Assembly: GCA_964016885.1 (NCBI GenBank) | Contig: OZ024740.1 | Coordinates: 367,970,001-368,034,000, forward strand | Reading direction: 5' to 3' | Source: Eledone cirrhosa | Lineage: Eukaryota | Length of the DNA: 64,000 nt | Shown: positions 27,996 through 46,372 of the stretch, piece after piece | Layout of the letters: every line of letters starts with the position of its first letter | Position numbering within the stretch: the stretch's first letter is position 1 | The notes under the pieces: model-generated | What the model was told of the DNA's origin: nothing | Database searches by the model: none | Seen by the model: the letters and a program-made list of their open reading frames with translations, nothing else | Made by a program: the position numbers and the translations under genes

Positions 27996-30108
27996 GAAAA
28001 AAAAGGACTGCAGTGACAACAACAACAACGATCCAGCCAGCTAACCAGAGATATGTAAGATGTGCTTCGAATCGTTTTTTCCAAAATGTCATGTATATTG
28101 AGGTAGATGCACAAGGTGCTAGAGGTCGGCTGGAAATACCCGGCCATATTGTCAGCTGGAAATACCCGGCCATATTGTCAGCATCAACAACCCTGTTGAC
28201 ATCATACAATATATGTCTCGACGCACTGTGACATATGTATCATTGGTTTAAAAACAAGAAATGTGGAGAGACCCACAAAAACTAATATACAAATGTTCTA
28301 GGTTATGAATACTATCACAAACTTACGTAAAAAGATGTATGTATTTTGGCACGGTGAATATGACACTTGCAGCGGAAGAGGAAGAAAAATCTCACTCAGT
28401 GACCCGAGCAAAGTGAAGAGATCCTGCTGGTCCCTTACTACTGTGGACAGAGACTGGTAAGGATCCGCGAACAGAACGTGCCACCTGAAGTAACCATTCC
28501 TTGACAAATTCCTACCGTCACAGTAGACATCGATCGTTGAGGTCTACCTGAGGTCTAACTGACTAAAAATGAGAAATGTTCGGGGATACGGTGTTGAAAT
28601 CCTCATCCAAACCAGTCAAAGGGAAGTAGATGCTATACCAGAACAGATATACGTTGCAAGTGCCATCATACTATCCATTACACACACATATATATGTGTG
28701 TGTATTTGTATGTATTTTCTGATAATAAATATTTCCTCTACGGATTTATATATATTTTGAATATATATAATCCTTAACGAGCCCTCTTCGGATTTTAGAC
28801 ATCACATTTATTATTAGTATATATATATATATATATATATATATGAGTATATTAAATAAGAAGAAGCGCATTGCGACAATATATATATATATATGCATGT
28901 GTGTACGTGTGTGTGTGTGTGTGCATATTGACTATACGTATTTCTAAATTGTCCGTGGAATGGCAAGGACTCAAGTGTCACAGAAGAATGAGAAGGGGGA
29001 AGTGGGATGATGATTGAGCCCTGGGTCTAGGGTGTGGCTGTAGAGGGCCTTCACCATGCAGGCAAGACCGCAAGAGCATTCCCGCGGACAATGGCCTGCG
29101 ACACCCACTGCAACAGCTACCCCACCTCGAGGGGATCCTGCCTTAGACGTGCTGGCAACGTTCCGATCTTACGAAATTATACGGGAGATAAATTTGAGGG
29201 ATATTTGATTGCTATTTCTAGCAATGGCACACAATAATTGACCTTTAGTATCTGCTTCAATGACGACTCCTCTTAGTAGAACATATATGTTTTGCTTTTG
29301 TAAGAAATCAATGTAATGATGTTCCAATATTGATCATGTCATACACGCAAAACGTAATTAAAATTTAATTTTAACTTCGTTTTTTTCTTTTCAATTTTGT
29401 TTTCATCTTGATATCTCTGAAGTTAACCTTCATTTGATGTACCATTCTCCTTACATTTCTTCTGAATTCATTTTTTTCTAATATTCCGGTATATATTCAA
29501 TAGAGGGTTAAAAGACAAATTTTCTTATCGAATTGCTTACTCAGATATTTCTCTTAGCGGCTACAACGAAAAGTATATTCGATCGTTCAATATTTCTTTT
29601 GCTAACTCAATTTCCCTTGTGAACAAACTTTTTAGAACTAGTAATTAGGAGATAATGAGAACTTTACTGCAGCAAAATAATCAATTAAAATTTGGGAAAT
29701 TATTAATTTAATTAAATCTTAGTTAGATTCATATCTTTCGACTGGTTTGCGTATGAAATTCTGAGGTTTTAATTAACTGTCTCCAAAAAGTATTGGAGTG
29801 TTGATGCAGAGTGGATTTTCTCTCTAAAGATATAATTCAACGACAAATACTGCATTGGATTGTTTCCTATAATAGAGTATTGTGAGGAGGTTTGAAAACA
29901 TAGTTCATAGAAAAACGTTCATTAAAAGACATGGGCATGTTAGACAGTTCATGATTTCCAGTAAATAAAATATATTGCTCTTACCCTTACTAACACCTTT
30001 ATTAAAGCACATATTCTCATGTCAATTTTTATTTCAAGGATAACCAAGACAACATAAATATAACACACACACACACTGGTCCACACACACACACACACAT
30101 ACACACAT

Positions 30109-30155
<47 letters not shown>

Positions 30156-30825
30156 CCCACACACACGCACACACACATATAATTATATATACATATATAT
30201 ATATATATGAGATTAAAAACCTTTTTTGTATTGCAAACCATGTCAATCTTCTTTCCTGATTTATATATATATATATGCATATATTTAAAGGTTAAATAAG
30301 TTTCAATGAATAAATCAAAGAATGAGTTTTACAATAGATTGGAAGCACTCAACCATGGTTTTCCGGAGTTATTAATATTAACACAAAATATTAACAAAAT
30401 AGATATTCTTGTGATCGTTGAAGTTAACTCAGTACCTCTGAAAAATGTATAATAAAATAATACTTGATCACAAGAATATCTATTTTGTTAATATTTTGAA
30501 TTAATATATATATGCATATATATATATATATGTATATATATACATATACATGTGCATGTATGTGTGTGCGTGTGTGTGTATGTATAAATATATATATGCC
30601 GTTGAAACGGCTTGAATTCTGCCGTCGGGGTTAAACTTCCTATTACCCACTCTACTAAGCTAAGTATTGAGTACTCTGGTGGGTAATGGTCCATCTGGTT
30701 CCTTACCACACTTCGTTCCTTATATATATATAGGTAGCGAGTTTGCGTGAATTCTCATGCAGGTTATTCTTGAAATAATAGTCTATGGCTCCGTTAATCT
30801 TTCTTGATATATATATATATATTTA

Positions 30826-31100
30826 TAATATAAGATCAAAAGATGGTTAAAGGAGTTCCATGTATTTTATTATGCGCATTTCAAAAACAAACATCATCAT
30901 GCAATAATATTTGTGTTTTCATCAGATTAAAGATGTTGATTTAAAACTGCACTATCCACAAGTGTTTTTTAGCCTTCATATCATGTTCTCCTGTTTTATC
31001 TGATGAAAACACAAATATTATTGCATGATGATGTTTGTTTTTGAAATGCGCATATTAAAATACATGGAACTCCTTTAACCATCTTTTGATCTTATATTAT
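30826..31100. repeat. Fold-back element with a hammerhead in each arm
   Basis: 30826-30927 is inverted at 30998-31100. Confidence 0.85.
30994..31060 (+). ncRNA. Minimal type I hammerhead ribozyme
   Basis: ttttat CTGATGA aaacacaaatatt..gatgtttgttttt GAAA tgcgca TA ttaaaa. Mirror copy on the minus strand at about 30865-30930. Confidence 0.75.
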
Positions 31101-31266
31101 GCATACTCCAGTCTTCAAACTGTAGAGTGCTTCTTATCCGATATCTGCATTGCTTTATTGTACTACAATAAAACCACCCTCCTACATTATATATATTTAT
31201 ATATACGTTATTCCGGGTTGAATCGGAGGTAACCACAGTAAGTAAGGTACTCAATACATTTCAGAG

Positions 31267-31753
<487 letters not shown>

Positions 31754-31777
31754 CTTATATATATGTATACATATATT

Positions 31778-31808
<31 letters not shown>

Positions 31809-32583
31809 GTAAATATTTTAAGTCGTTTGGAAGCCTCGACAATGAAAATGGATAAATCTCCGGGTAACAAGATCCGGTGGTGGAGGGAGAGATGTAAGTG
31901 GGTGTACGTTGAGATGCGTGGTGTTGAGATGCGTACGTTGAGATGCGTTGAGATGTGTAGAAGAATGAAGGAAAGAGTATAAAGGATAAAATAAAAATAA
32001 CAACACGAGAGAGTTACCTTGGGAGAGATTTAATAGTCCCTATATATTTTGGATTCACATCCATCAACTGGGGTTTTTCCGGGGTGGGGGGAAAGGTTGT
32101 CTGTCGGACAGGTGCGAAACGCGTCCTCCGCTGTTTGTTGTTATGAATATCTGAGGTAATCGGCAGAGCGCGCGTGCGCGTGAAATGGGGTCGGTCGGGC
32201 AGAGGTCAGCGGCCGAATGAGGGAGTGGGGTGGCGCTAGCTGTCAGTCCATTCTCTGCCTGTTTGTTAAATGTTACTGTGTGTGTGTGCGTGTGTTATTG
32301 TCTCGCTCGAGTGTGTGTGTGCGTGTGTTGTTACCTTGTTCCTCTGTATTGTGAATCCGAAATATAAAGGGACTATTAAATCTCTCCCAAGGTAACTCTC
32401 TCTCGTGTTGTTATGTTAATTTTATCCTTTATACTCTTTCCTTCATTCTTCTACACATCTCATACACACCACGCATCTCAACGTACACCCACTTACATCT
32501 CTCTCTCCACCACCGGATCTTGTTACCCGGAGATTTACCCATTTGCATTGTCGAGGCTTCCAAACGACTTAAAGATATTTACT
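31809..32583. repeat. Fold-back element, arms of about 240 bp with GC-richer spacer
   Basis: 31809-32060 is inverted at about 32348-32583; microsatellite flanks. Confidence 0.85.
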
Positions 32584-32613
32584 TATTATTCCACAATGCT
32601 TCAAGCAAACTTC

Positions 32614-32751
<138 letters not shown>

Positions 32752-32854
32752 ATAATAATAAATTTGAAGACTAAAATCCAAAGAGGGCTCGATAAGGATA
32801 ATTATATATCAAATATATAAGAACCGTAGAGCAAATATGTATATATAAATATGT

Positions 32855-33219
<365 letters not shown>

Positions 33220-33281
33220 TAGAAAGTGAGGTTTATTTTTAAAAATGAAAAATAACCGAGGTGTCCTACGCGAGTGAAAGT

Positions 33282-36662
<3,381 letters not shown>

Positions 36663-36844
36663 TATATATATATATATTTAAATATATTGGAAAAGAGTAT
36701 AGACCCCGACGGCTGAGCTCCGGTCGTTTCGATAGCTACATCTAGCTATCGAAACCATCTGAGCTTACCCTTCCGCTTTACTAACCTAAGTATCGAGTAC
36801 TCTGTGCGTTATGGTCCACCTGGTTCCTTACCAAACTTCCTTCG

Positions 36845-36886
<42 letters not shown>

Positions 36887-36980
36887 ATATCTATCTATCT
36901 ATCTATCTATATATATATATATTTAGTCCAGAATTAGCCGTCGAAACGGCTTGAGCTCAGCTGTCGGGGTCTTACTGGTT

Positions 36981-37035
<55 letters not shown>

Positions 37036-38597
37036 GATGCCGTGTTAAGAGAACATGTATGGACGTATACATATATGGGTGTATGAATATATATATATAT
37101 ATTATATATATATATAAAATTGTAAGTTTGAAGAACAGAAGATAAAGTATACCCAATTGTCTTGTCCCTAGTCCGTAGAAATTAACTAGATAAATAAACA
37201 TTTAAACAGAGCTAAGTTTAAAATATAACTTCGAAGGAATAACAGATACATGACACAGACAATCCCCCCGCGAGGAACAGTCAGATAAAGTTTACCTAGT
37301 GATTCTTCTTAGCCCGTAGAAATTAACTAGACAAATAATCAATTAAACGGAGCTAATTCGAAAATGTAAGTTTGAAGAACAAATGTATATAAACTTTACC
37401 AAAATTCTTCTGGTCCCGTATATCGATAGTTTCGCTCGTACTTTGTAGATATGTCCAATCCTGGTAATATCCATGACGTTTGGAGCTTCTCAAATACTTA
37501 CACACATATATGCATACATAACTATTATACGTCCATGTATGTAAATGTTCTCTGAACACGCCTAAATATGTAACGAAAATAAGTTTTTATATACTAATGA
37601 AGCCTATATGACATACGTCTGAACTAGAGAATCGAAATTGCTGAAATAAAATTCATCACAGATGTACTGGTCCTAAACCACAAAAACAGAAACATGCTAT
37701 CAGATGTATGGAATCAGCAATCTGTGAACGCTTGATTCGCAAATTAGTATATTTTAAAGTGTATAGATTTAATTGCGAAATCATTTTGGCAAAATATAAA
37801 CAAACTCTCACAACAACATATTTATCAGTGAAGCTACTAAGTTTGCATTCGATAAGGATAAAGCAAATAATCTTCAAATAATTTGTTTTTCAGAATACGA
37901 TCATAACATACGATTAGTATCAAACCATATGATTTTTTAATCATTATCTCCATAGAAAAAATAATTATAAAATAATTGTTAACAGTGATTAAACCCTAAT
38001 CATATTTTCTCACAAAATATGTTTTTTAAAAACGCTTCACCAATGCGTATTCAGTTCTGGAAGAATTTAGATATCTAGCAAACCATATATTTTTACACAT
38101 CTTTAAATCGAAATAATGAGCAAATAGATAATAATTGTTACAATTTATCATTGTATAATCAGATTTGCTTTTAAATGTTTATTATATGATGTCTGCACAC
38201 AAAGCGTATATAGAAGTAAATGATTAAAATTCCAGCAAACCATACGATGCTAACGAAACCATACATTTTCCCAAATCTTTATTTTCACATGATAAGCAAC
38301 CTCATCATAACTGTGTTGAACGTTAAGTCAATAAGCAAATTTATTATCTACAATGTCATACAGGATTTTTGTTTCTAATGTCGAAAACAAAATGTGAACA
38401 AGATTCAATTAGTTTATATCAATTATCTACAATTTAAGTATTTGCTAAATAGTAGTAAATATACAACTAAGTTAGGAATTTAACTGGTTTCTCCTTGTTA
38501 ATATTTATTATGATTTATATCCGTCCAAGGGAAACAACCACACACGCAATGAACACAATGGATTTTATTCTTCATATTTATTATTATTACTATATAC

Positions 38598-38681
<84 letters not shown>

Positions 38682-38712
38682 ATAATAATAAATATGAAGA
38701 ATAAAATCCATT

Positions 38713-40264
38713 GTGTTCGTTGCGTACCCTACGAAGTCCGATTTAGGCAGACTTAGTAAAACGATTCTTGATAGAATTATACCTGAAATTAGAAGTTTGG
38801 CCCCTATCGCACTGTCGAACAATTCTTTCGCGGTGATTGATTGGTTCAACGGCATACGTAACAAGGAACATTGCCGTTTTATCCAATTCGACATCAACAA
38901 TTACTACTCCTCCATCACTTTACCACTTCTCCTTAGAGCTATCAATTTCGCTAAAACACTCACAGTGGTTAAGGATTTCGAAGTTGATGTCATCCTTAAT
39001 GCCCGAAAGTCGGTGATTAATTTCGACGACTCTATTTGGATTAAAAAATCCAATAGTACTCCATTCGACGTGAGTATGGGCGCCAGTGACTCTGCGGAGG
39101 TTACTGATCTTATTGGCCTTTCCTTCTTTTCTCTATCAAGGACGAATTCCCCAACGCGGGCGGTGGTTTGTACCGTGACGATGGTCTTTTGACCATGAGT
39201 AAGTGCGGACCTCGTGCTTGCGACAGGTTCAGAAAAGAACTCACAGCCTTCTTTAAAGGCTTCAACCTCTCTATACAGGTTGAGGCCAATCTCTCGGTCG
39301 TTAATTACCTCAACGTTACCCTCAATTTATTGAATGGGTTGTATTACCCGTATAGAAAGCCGAATGATACGCTTAATTACATAAGTAAGCATTCCAACCA
39401 TCCTGCCAGCATAACCAAGAACCTGGTAAGTAACGTTTCGTTGAGGCTTTCCCGTCTTTCCACCAACGAGCGCATTTTCAACGACCATTCCACTTATTAC
39501 AATGAAGCTCTTGCTCGAAGTGGATTTGTCGATAAGGTAGCATATACAGAGTACGAAAATAGACCTAGAAGAAATAGATCCCGTGGCATTTGTTGGTTTA
39601 ACCCACCATATAATATGGAGGTGCCACACCATTAGTTAAGATCTTCCTTTCCCTTATTACGAAGCATTTTCCCCCTACACATAAATATAGTAACATTTTT
39701 AATAGAAATACTATTAAAATTTCTTACTCTACGACTCCTAACCTTGCACATAACATCACAGCTTCAAATTTAGCTAAACTACCTAGCCGTAGGAACACGT
39801 GCAACCCTGTAGTTATTACTAACTGTAATTGTAGGAATCGGGCTGATTGCCCCCTATCCGGGAAATGCCTCTCTAGTAACATTGTCTACAAATGTAAGGT
39901 TGTAACACCCACGTCCCGTAGGGCTTACATAGGGTTAACCGCCAATAGTTTCAAGCAGCGTCTTTACATGCATACCCATTCTTTTCGTTACCCTCTAAGA
40001 AGGAATATGACGTCACTTTCAGCTTATATCTGGAGTCTAAAAGACAACCACACCCAATATAAGTTACACTGGGAGATCCTAGCTAAGGCTAGATCGTATA
40101 ACGGAAATAAAAGACCATGTGACCTCTGCGCCGCTGAGGCCCTGGAAATACTCTACGCCACAGACCACATCTTAAACAAAAAATCTGAGGCAATTTCGGC
40201 TTGTAAACATAAATTGCACAAAACTTTCCTGCATTACAGCCCAACGTTATACCGTAACGGATAG
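38713..40264 (+). pseudogene. Penelope-like element pol (RT + GIY-YIG), 5'-truncated and frameshifted
   Basis: FIQFDINNYYSSI, FDVSMGA.DSAEV.DLIG, YRDDGL, YRKPND..YI..SNHP, WFNPPY, CNCR..CPL.GKC..NIVY..YIG, C.LC..E, spread across several frames. Confidence 0.95.
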
Positions 40265-40851
40265 TACGATCTATACGTGGATATTTTTCGTCTTGATGTG
40301 GGAGCTAAGTATATGTTTTGTTCATTACTTTACTTATTTGCATAGGTAAGTATATATTACCCGTATGTTTTGTGAAGGTATGTATACCTTCTCGTACGTA
40401 TATTTGACTGTTAGGGCATATAATTTATATATTTTCTGGTATTTAGGGTTTGGCTATGTGTATACGGGAGTTTTGCGTCTGCGTGAGTATGCAGGTTCGT
40501 ACGTATGGTGGGTGTGTGTATATGTGTACTTCTTGTTTTAGTTGACTTACGTCTCCGAACATTCGTGTATTTATATGTAGGTATGTGTGTGCGCTTGTTA
40601 TATACGTTTTTATTTACTTATATACGTTTTATTATAATTATTTATTTATTTGTACACAAGCATACACACACACACACACATATTTATATGTGCGTGGTTT
40701 TGTATACCTATGGTAAGGTTTTGCGTATGCTTGTGTATGTACGTGTTTGTTTGCGTGTACGTATTTATTAATTTCTATTACTTCTGTATTGTATTTATTT
40801 ACTTTGTTGTTAACTCTGAAGCGGAGATTCATTTGGTCTCCTAGTTAGAAT

Positions 40852-41262
40852 TTTAGTCTACGACTTCTACTATACCATTTACGTGGTTTTGTTTTTGGTT
40901 TTGCGTGCTATTGTTCTCCACGCTCCACATATGACTTATTATCTTGGTTTTTTTTCGTTCATTGCCAGAGAACGTCTCTATGCACCACCTAAGAGAACAT
41001 TAGTCTACGACCTCTTTTATACCATAAACTTTGCGCGTAATTGTTTTTCACCGCTCCTATTAATGACGTATTATTCGTTTTTTCCCGTTCTTTGCCAGCG
41101 AACGTTTCCACGAACCAAAGTATCGTCTTCCTGTCCTCCTCCGGTTGCAACGTTTTTTGAAATATCCACTTCTGCGTTTACAGATTGACTTTGTTAGTTT
41201 CAGAAGATCCCGTTAAGGGTCAAAGCAGCGATTATTTGCTTAAACTTTAATCTGTTATTTAA
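40852..41262 (+). mobile_element. Fragment related to the interior of the Helitron at 5650-7471, with a diverged tandem duplication
   Basis: 41100-41262 is the reverse complement of about 7100-7250; ttagtctacgac unit repeated at 40853 and 41000. Confidence 0.6.
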
Positions 41263-41274
41263 TAAATATATATA

Positions 41275-41371
<97 letters not shown>

Positions 41372-41837
41372 CGTTAAACACTCACAACCGTCCCTTATGA
41401 TTAAAATAGCTTAAGGAAAAAAATTTTCCGAGGTTTATAATAGTCAGGAGAGACGAACACATATATATAACTATGTGTTCAAATCACAAAGGATTGAAAC
41501 CGCTAAGGTGCAGAAAATACATAACCATGTGTTCTCGCTCTCTTAACACATGTGTGTTATTTAGTCTCCTGTTAATCATTGTAGTGATGTGAATATTGCT
41601 GTGGATACCCGTTGAACGGCTCTTCTGCAATAATTCTCTTCACTGAATTTTGCGAAATAGATCTACCCATAAACTGTCCGGTGCTAGCTATCATGGTATG
41701 TTTGTATATCTCAATTTATCCTTTTCAATGGTTGAATATTTCAGTCAGCATTTTCTTCACCATGGTGGCGGTTTCTGTTCCTTGGGATTTGAACATATAT
41801 AATTATATATTTGTGTTCGCCTCTCCTTACAATATAT

Positions 41838-42039
41838 GTAGGAAAATGTTTGACCCCGACGGCAGAGCTCAAGCCGTTTCGACGGCTATTTCTGGACTAA
41901 TTTAGTCCAGAAATAGCCGCGAAACGGCTTGACTTCTGCCGTCGGGGTCAAACATTTTCCTATTACCCACTCTACTACGCTAAGTATTGAGTACTCTGGT
42001 GCGTTATAGTCCATCTGGTTTCTTACCACACCTCCTTCG

Positions 42040-42043
<4 letters not shown>
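41838..42043. repeat. Short fold-back element (ccgacggc/gagctc family)
   Basis: Palindrome 41839-41962 centred on ctggactaatttagtccag. Confidence 0.85.
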
Positions 42044-42101
<58 letters not shown>

Positions 42102-42104
<3 letters not shown>

Positions 42105-42411
42105 GTTAAACCACTGGGAGTGAAGGACCCCTAGCATTTGTCAGGACATTTGTCTAGGAGAATGTAACTTAGGAAACTGGGATAACAGCAATATAAAACC
42201 TACGTCTCAGTAGTTTCTGATGTTGTTGATCTTTTCTTCTGTTCGTGTCATAGCTACTGTCGCTCAAAGAATGGGATTGGCTCATTGCACAGTCTTTCCT
42301 CAATTTAAAAACATCTTCACGTACAGGCATTGCATAATAGAATTAATTAATAATTATTAATAATGTTATATTGTGCAATGACCATACTCGATAACGAGGG
42401 CGCAGCCATCA
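42102..42411. repeat. Interspersed repeat shared with 61644-61952 (possibly LINE 5'-UTR-derived)
   Basis: gcggttaaaccactgggagtgaaggac..gataacgaggg.gcagccatca is present at both loci; a related piece lies at about 60970-61070. Confidence 0.7.
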
Positions 42412-42509
42412 TATATATATCTATATATCTATATATATCTATTATATACATATATATGCATATTATATACTTATACATATATGTAAGGTATATGAATAAA
42501 GAGTGTAAG

Positions 42510-42860
42510 GTACAACGGATACACTAATTAGTTGGACAATGGTGAAACTCATACAGGCTCTCCGGTTTATAGTAAATAATTCCTACGTTATATTCGAAGG
42601 TAAAGTTTTCAGGCATGTCAGAGGCAAACCAATGGACGGGAACTGTAGCTCGCTCCTGGTCGATTTATATTTATCGTTCCGTGGGTTTGACTATCTAGTC
42701 TTTAAAGAAGCTTAAAAATATACCTTATTAGGCATTTGGATGGATATTGTGGGTATATCGATGATATAATCGTCCCTAATTATAGGCATCTTAAAGATTT
42801 GCTGCACAAGATATATCTAAAGAGTTTAGAGGTGATTAGGAATGGACGTGTCATCAACAA
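42510..42860 (+). pseudogene. Penelope-like RT fragment (motifs B-C), degenerate
   Basis: LRFIVNNSYVIFEGKVFRHVRGKPMDGNCSSLLVDLYL..GYIDDIIVPNY..KIY. Confidence 0.8.
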
Positions 42861-44877
42861 GTTAAATATTTTAATTTCACTATCGAAATAGGCGGTAAAA
42901 CTATAGTTACATAGGACTTTAGGTTTCAGGTGGTTTGGTTGCCCTTTGCAACTATATCTGAAGGACACAATTTGCTTTTTAGACAAGTTATATATTATGT
43001 TAGGATAAGTAGCCAGGTGAGTGTTTTTACTGAGGTAGTGAATACATTTTTAAAACATGTGGTAGGACAGAAATACCATGAGAAATTTCTGATGCGCCGT
43101 TTTCCTGGGTGGCTTGGCGCCAATTAGGAGATTTTGGTAAAATTTTGGATTATTTTAAATTTGCAGATTCCAGGAATAGAACTTTGAAATTATTTTATTT
43201 ACATTAAGGTAGGAGAAGCATAGCTTATTTAAGAGAGGGGTTTGGTTTTAATTAGATTAGGAAAGCTTATGGCCTGAATTAAATTTGATTTAATATTTAT
43301 AATTTTATCTATTTAATTGTGATCTAAGTATAAGTGATATATTTTCTATGGCTTAGTAATATTTGTAGAACATCAAAGGGTGTGTGAGTTTACATTGAAA
43401 CTGTAGAAATTTATATTGTTCGCACGGACTATATGACACAACCTACTTTAGTATTTACCTGTGTAGAGTTAATAGAATACTAAAAAAAACTTTATTTGTG
43501 TTTTGGTTTGAGTGAAACTTTACCGGAGGGCATCATATTGTGGGGCCTTAGTGCTTATTTCCTCAGTTTCTCTGCGTTCGCCTTGAAGAATAGTCGAATT
43601 TTCAGAACGCCCCGAATAGGTAAGATCTGATTTCGTTAAATTTAGTTGATAATGCGTGGTTGATTTTTTATCCTGGTATGTTTGTTTATATATCATTTAA
43701 TCTTAATTATGTTTTACATACGTGTGTATATATTATATTTATTTTGTGTTAATAATGACGCTGGGATTTATTAAAGTTGCATCGCCTTTTGTTATCGGAT
43801 GTTCTGATATCATATTTGTATTTTTCATCTTGGTCTCATTTCGCTTATTTCTTAAATATATTGGAATGTCTCGTTATTTGTATTTTGTATTTTAGGTTGT
43901 GGAGTAGGGACTAGGTTTAGTGTGATTTCATATTTTATTAATTTCAATTATTTCTTTCGTAGATTGTAATTTTCTTGATTAGTAGTTTGGTTTTCGTGTT
44001 ATGTTGTGAGGGCTTGACTTCCCGATGTGCGTCATTATGTCATATAAGTGGATAGTTTGAGTTTATAAGGTCGAGGGTTTACGGGAGAGGGTGGAAAAGG
44101 TTTTACTACGTCATGGGGTTGTAGTCGCTGCAGATAATAATAGATTTGGTTTTATTATATAGAAATTACATGTACGACAGCTGCAGCCTGATAACGTCTG
44201 TCTTCCCTGATTGGTAGTTATTAAGATCTGATTGTGCAAGCAATGTCTGGAAGAATGGGTGATGATAAGCGTATAATTTGTCAAATTAGGATGTTGTGTA
44301 GACTATTTGGAGCAATATCAGTCATATTTGCGTATATATAATAGACACAAACACACACACATATAAATATATACATATATATATGTATATATATGTATAC
44401 TATATTATATTATATATACATATATATCTATATATATATATGTATGTGTGTGTGCCTTTCTGTGTGTGGTGTGTGTATGTATGTGTTTGTGCGTGTGGTG
44501 TGTGTGTGTGGAAAAGAGGGTGTGCACATGTAAAAGACAGGGAAAAATATACGAGAAACTGACTGGAAATCAATACAGTTTTGATAAATGAAGGTTGATA
44601 CAAGCATTAAAACACTAAATATGTTATTTCTTTCGGTGAATTACACGAAATGAGCTACGAAGCAAAGTGCGTTGATAGAAAAAGAAGGGGACAATTAAGG
44701 AAACAGTGTGCAAAAACACAGCAAAATGCGAACATCTATAGAAAGAAGACAAAAAGTAAAATGACACTGAGACGTAGAAAAATGGAAAGGGGCGAATAGA
44801 GAAAAACAGATCATACAGTTTAATTCATTTCAGCAGGGATCATGTATAGAGAAAAATAATACAATCCGATAACTTAC

Positions 44878-45016
44878 TTCTTGAATACTTGCTAGGAGAC
44901 GTATCCGTCGTCTTTAATGATTCTACCATTTTATGTACAGGTGTCTTCATTGATGTTTCATATAAACTTGTTTCATCTCCTAATTGATCCATAAGTTCTT
45001 GGATTTCTTTGTTTTT
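44878..45016 (-). CDS. Candidate host exon, product unknown
   Basis: ttttctgtttttag acceptor and gaa|gtaagt donor; open 139 nt reading KNKEIQELMDQLGDETSLYETSMKTPVHKMVESLKTTDTSPSKYSR. Confidence 0.6.
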
Positions 45017-45469
45017 CTAAAAACAGAAAATTATTGAAGAAGTTATACCCATTGAATAGAACAAAATTAAACAATATTTTTTAGGGAAGCCTTCACTATG
45101 TATGTATATGTGAAGCAAAACAGAGAAGTGGGGACAATATATATATATATATGGGAAAATATTTCATCATCAGTCAATATTCACCCTTAATGTTTACAGA
45201 ATGCTAATTTGACAGATAAATGTCTTCACGTTATAAAAAGGGTTTTCCCTATATTTTCGGACAATTTCGTACTAAAGGTTTCTGGATTTGAACTCACTTG
45301 CTAGAATAGTTTCAAAGAACCACTGACTTATATTCGAGTAAAAGAAAACATTGCTGAGTAAGATTTGTTGCTAGATGAAAGGTAGACACCTACAACCACA
45401 CCTAACAGTATCACAAAAGCTGAAACTACTTGGTTCCACGGTCGGGATTTTGCATCCCCCCTCTCGTTC

Positions 45470-45524
<55 letters not shown>

Positions 45525-45934
45525 GGTGTTGGATGCTTAAAGCGACCGTATGCGGTAGGCCTTATGAGCACTCGATGCTCTCATAGAGCGAAGTATGATA
45601 TCACAGAAAAAAAGAGAATCAGTGTTGCCAAGAATGGAATTTAGTGGACATATTACAATCGTTTCCCTGGCGACCAGCCCGAGGCACGATCGATGTGACG
45701 ATCGAACCTGACTCTGAAAATCGCAATTATTGTAATTCTATGAGTGCTCAAGAATTGAACACGTCATCGGTATTTCTAGTCACTCATGGTTGTCCACTAT
45801 TTGGTTCTTTTCATTCTCCATATGCCAATAAAATGTGTTTCTTACGTCGGAATTACTACTGTAGTAGGTAAGGGGTTGTATGCTTGAACTGCTGGCGGCA
45901 CTTCGACGTCTTCACTGTCTTCATTATTGATGCA

Positions 45935-46372
45935 CGGACCTGCCGTGTTGGAGAGGAGTGCCCTCTACAGGGAATGTGCCTCATTAAGGGCGTTGTCTAC
46001 AGAGGTGTGGTTACTACGCACAACGATAGGCACACATACATCGGAGCTACATCCACGACTTTTAAATCGAGGATGTACAACCACAAAAACTCGTTCAAGG
46101 ACAAGAACAAGAGACACTCTACCAGACTGGTGGACTTGGTATGGGGACTCAAAGATAGTGGAATAAAGTTTCACCTCAGCTGGAGTATTGTACAGCCAGC
46201 GAATGCGTACTCGGCCGGGAAGAGGAAGTACAAGTTATGCCTGTCCGAGGCTATGGACATAGTAACACTTAAGGGACACGCAGTCAACCTCAAATCTGAA
46301 ATCATCATGGCCTGCAGACACCGACGTAAATGCACGCTCTCCGCTTTAGTGATACCGGATGCGTCTACCTAA
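45935..46372 (+). pseudogene. GIY-YIG endonuclease domain of a Penelope-like element
   Basis: CR..CPLQGMCLIKGVVY..TYIGAT..FKSR..NH..SF..LCLSE..N.KSE...CRH; homologous to 39820-40264. Confidence 0.9.

Noticed and set aside
29540-29667. Minus-strand segment with good splice signals
   Set aside because: Stop codons in all three frames.
37400-37561. Phase 1-1 open exon candidate on the minus strand
   Set aside because: Its donor lies within a local tandem repeat of about 140 bp and its body includes microsatellite-like sequence; no domain signal.
40812-40852. Hammerhead-like remnant at the 3' end of the 38.7-kb PLE (CTGAAGC ggagat..gtctcc)
   Set aside because: GAAA is missing and A9 is altered; at best a dead relic.
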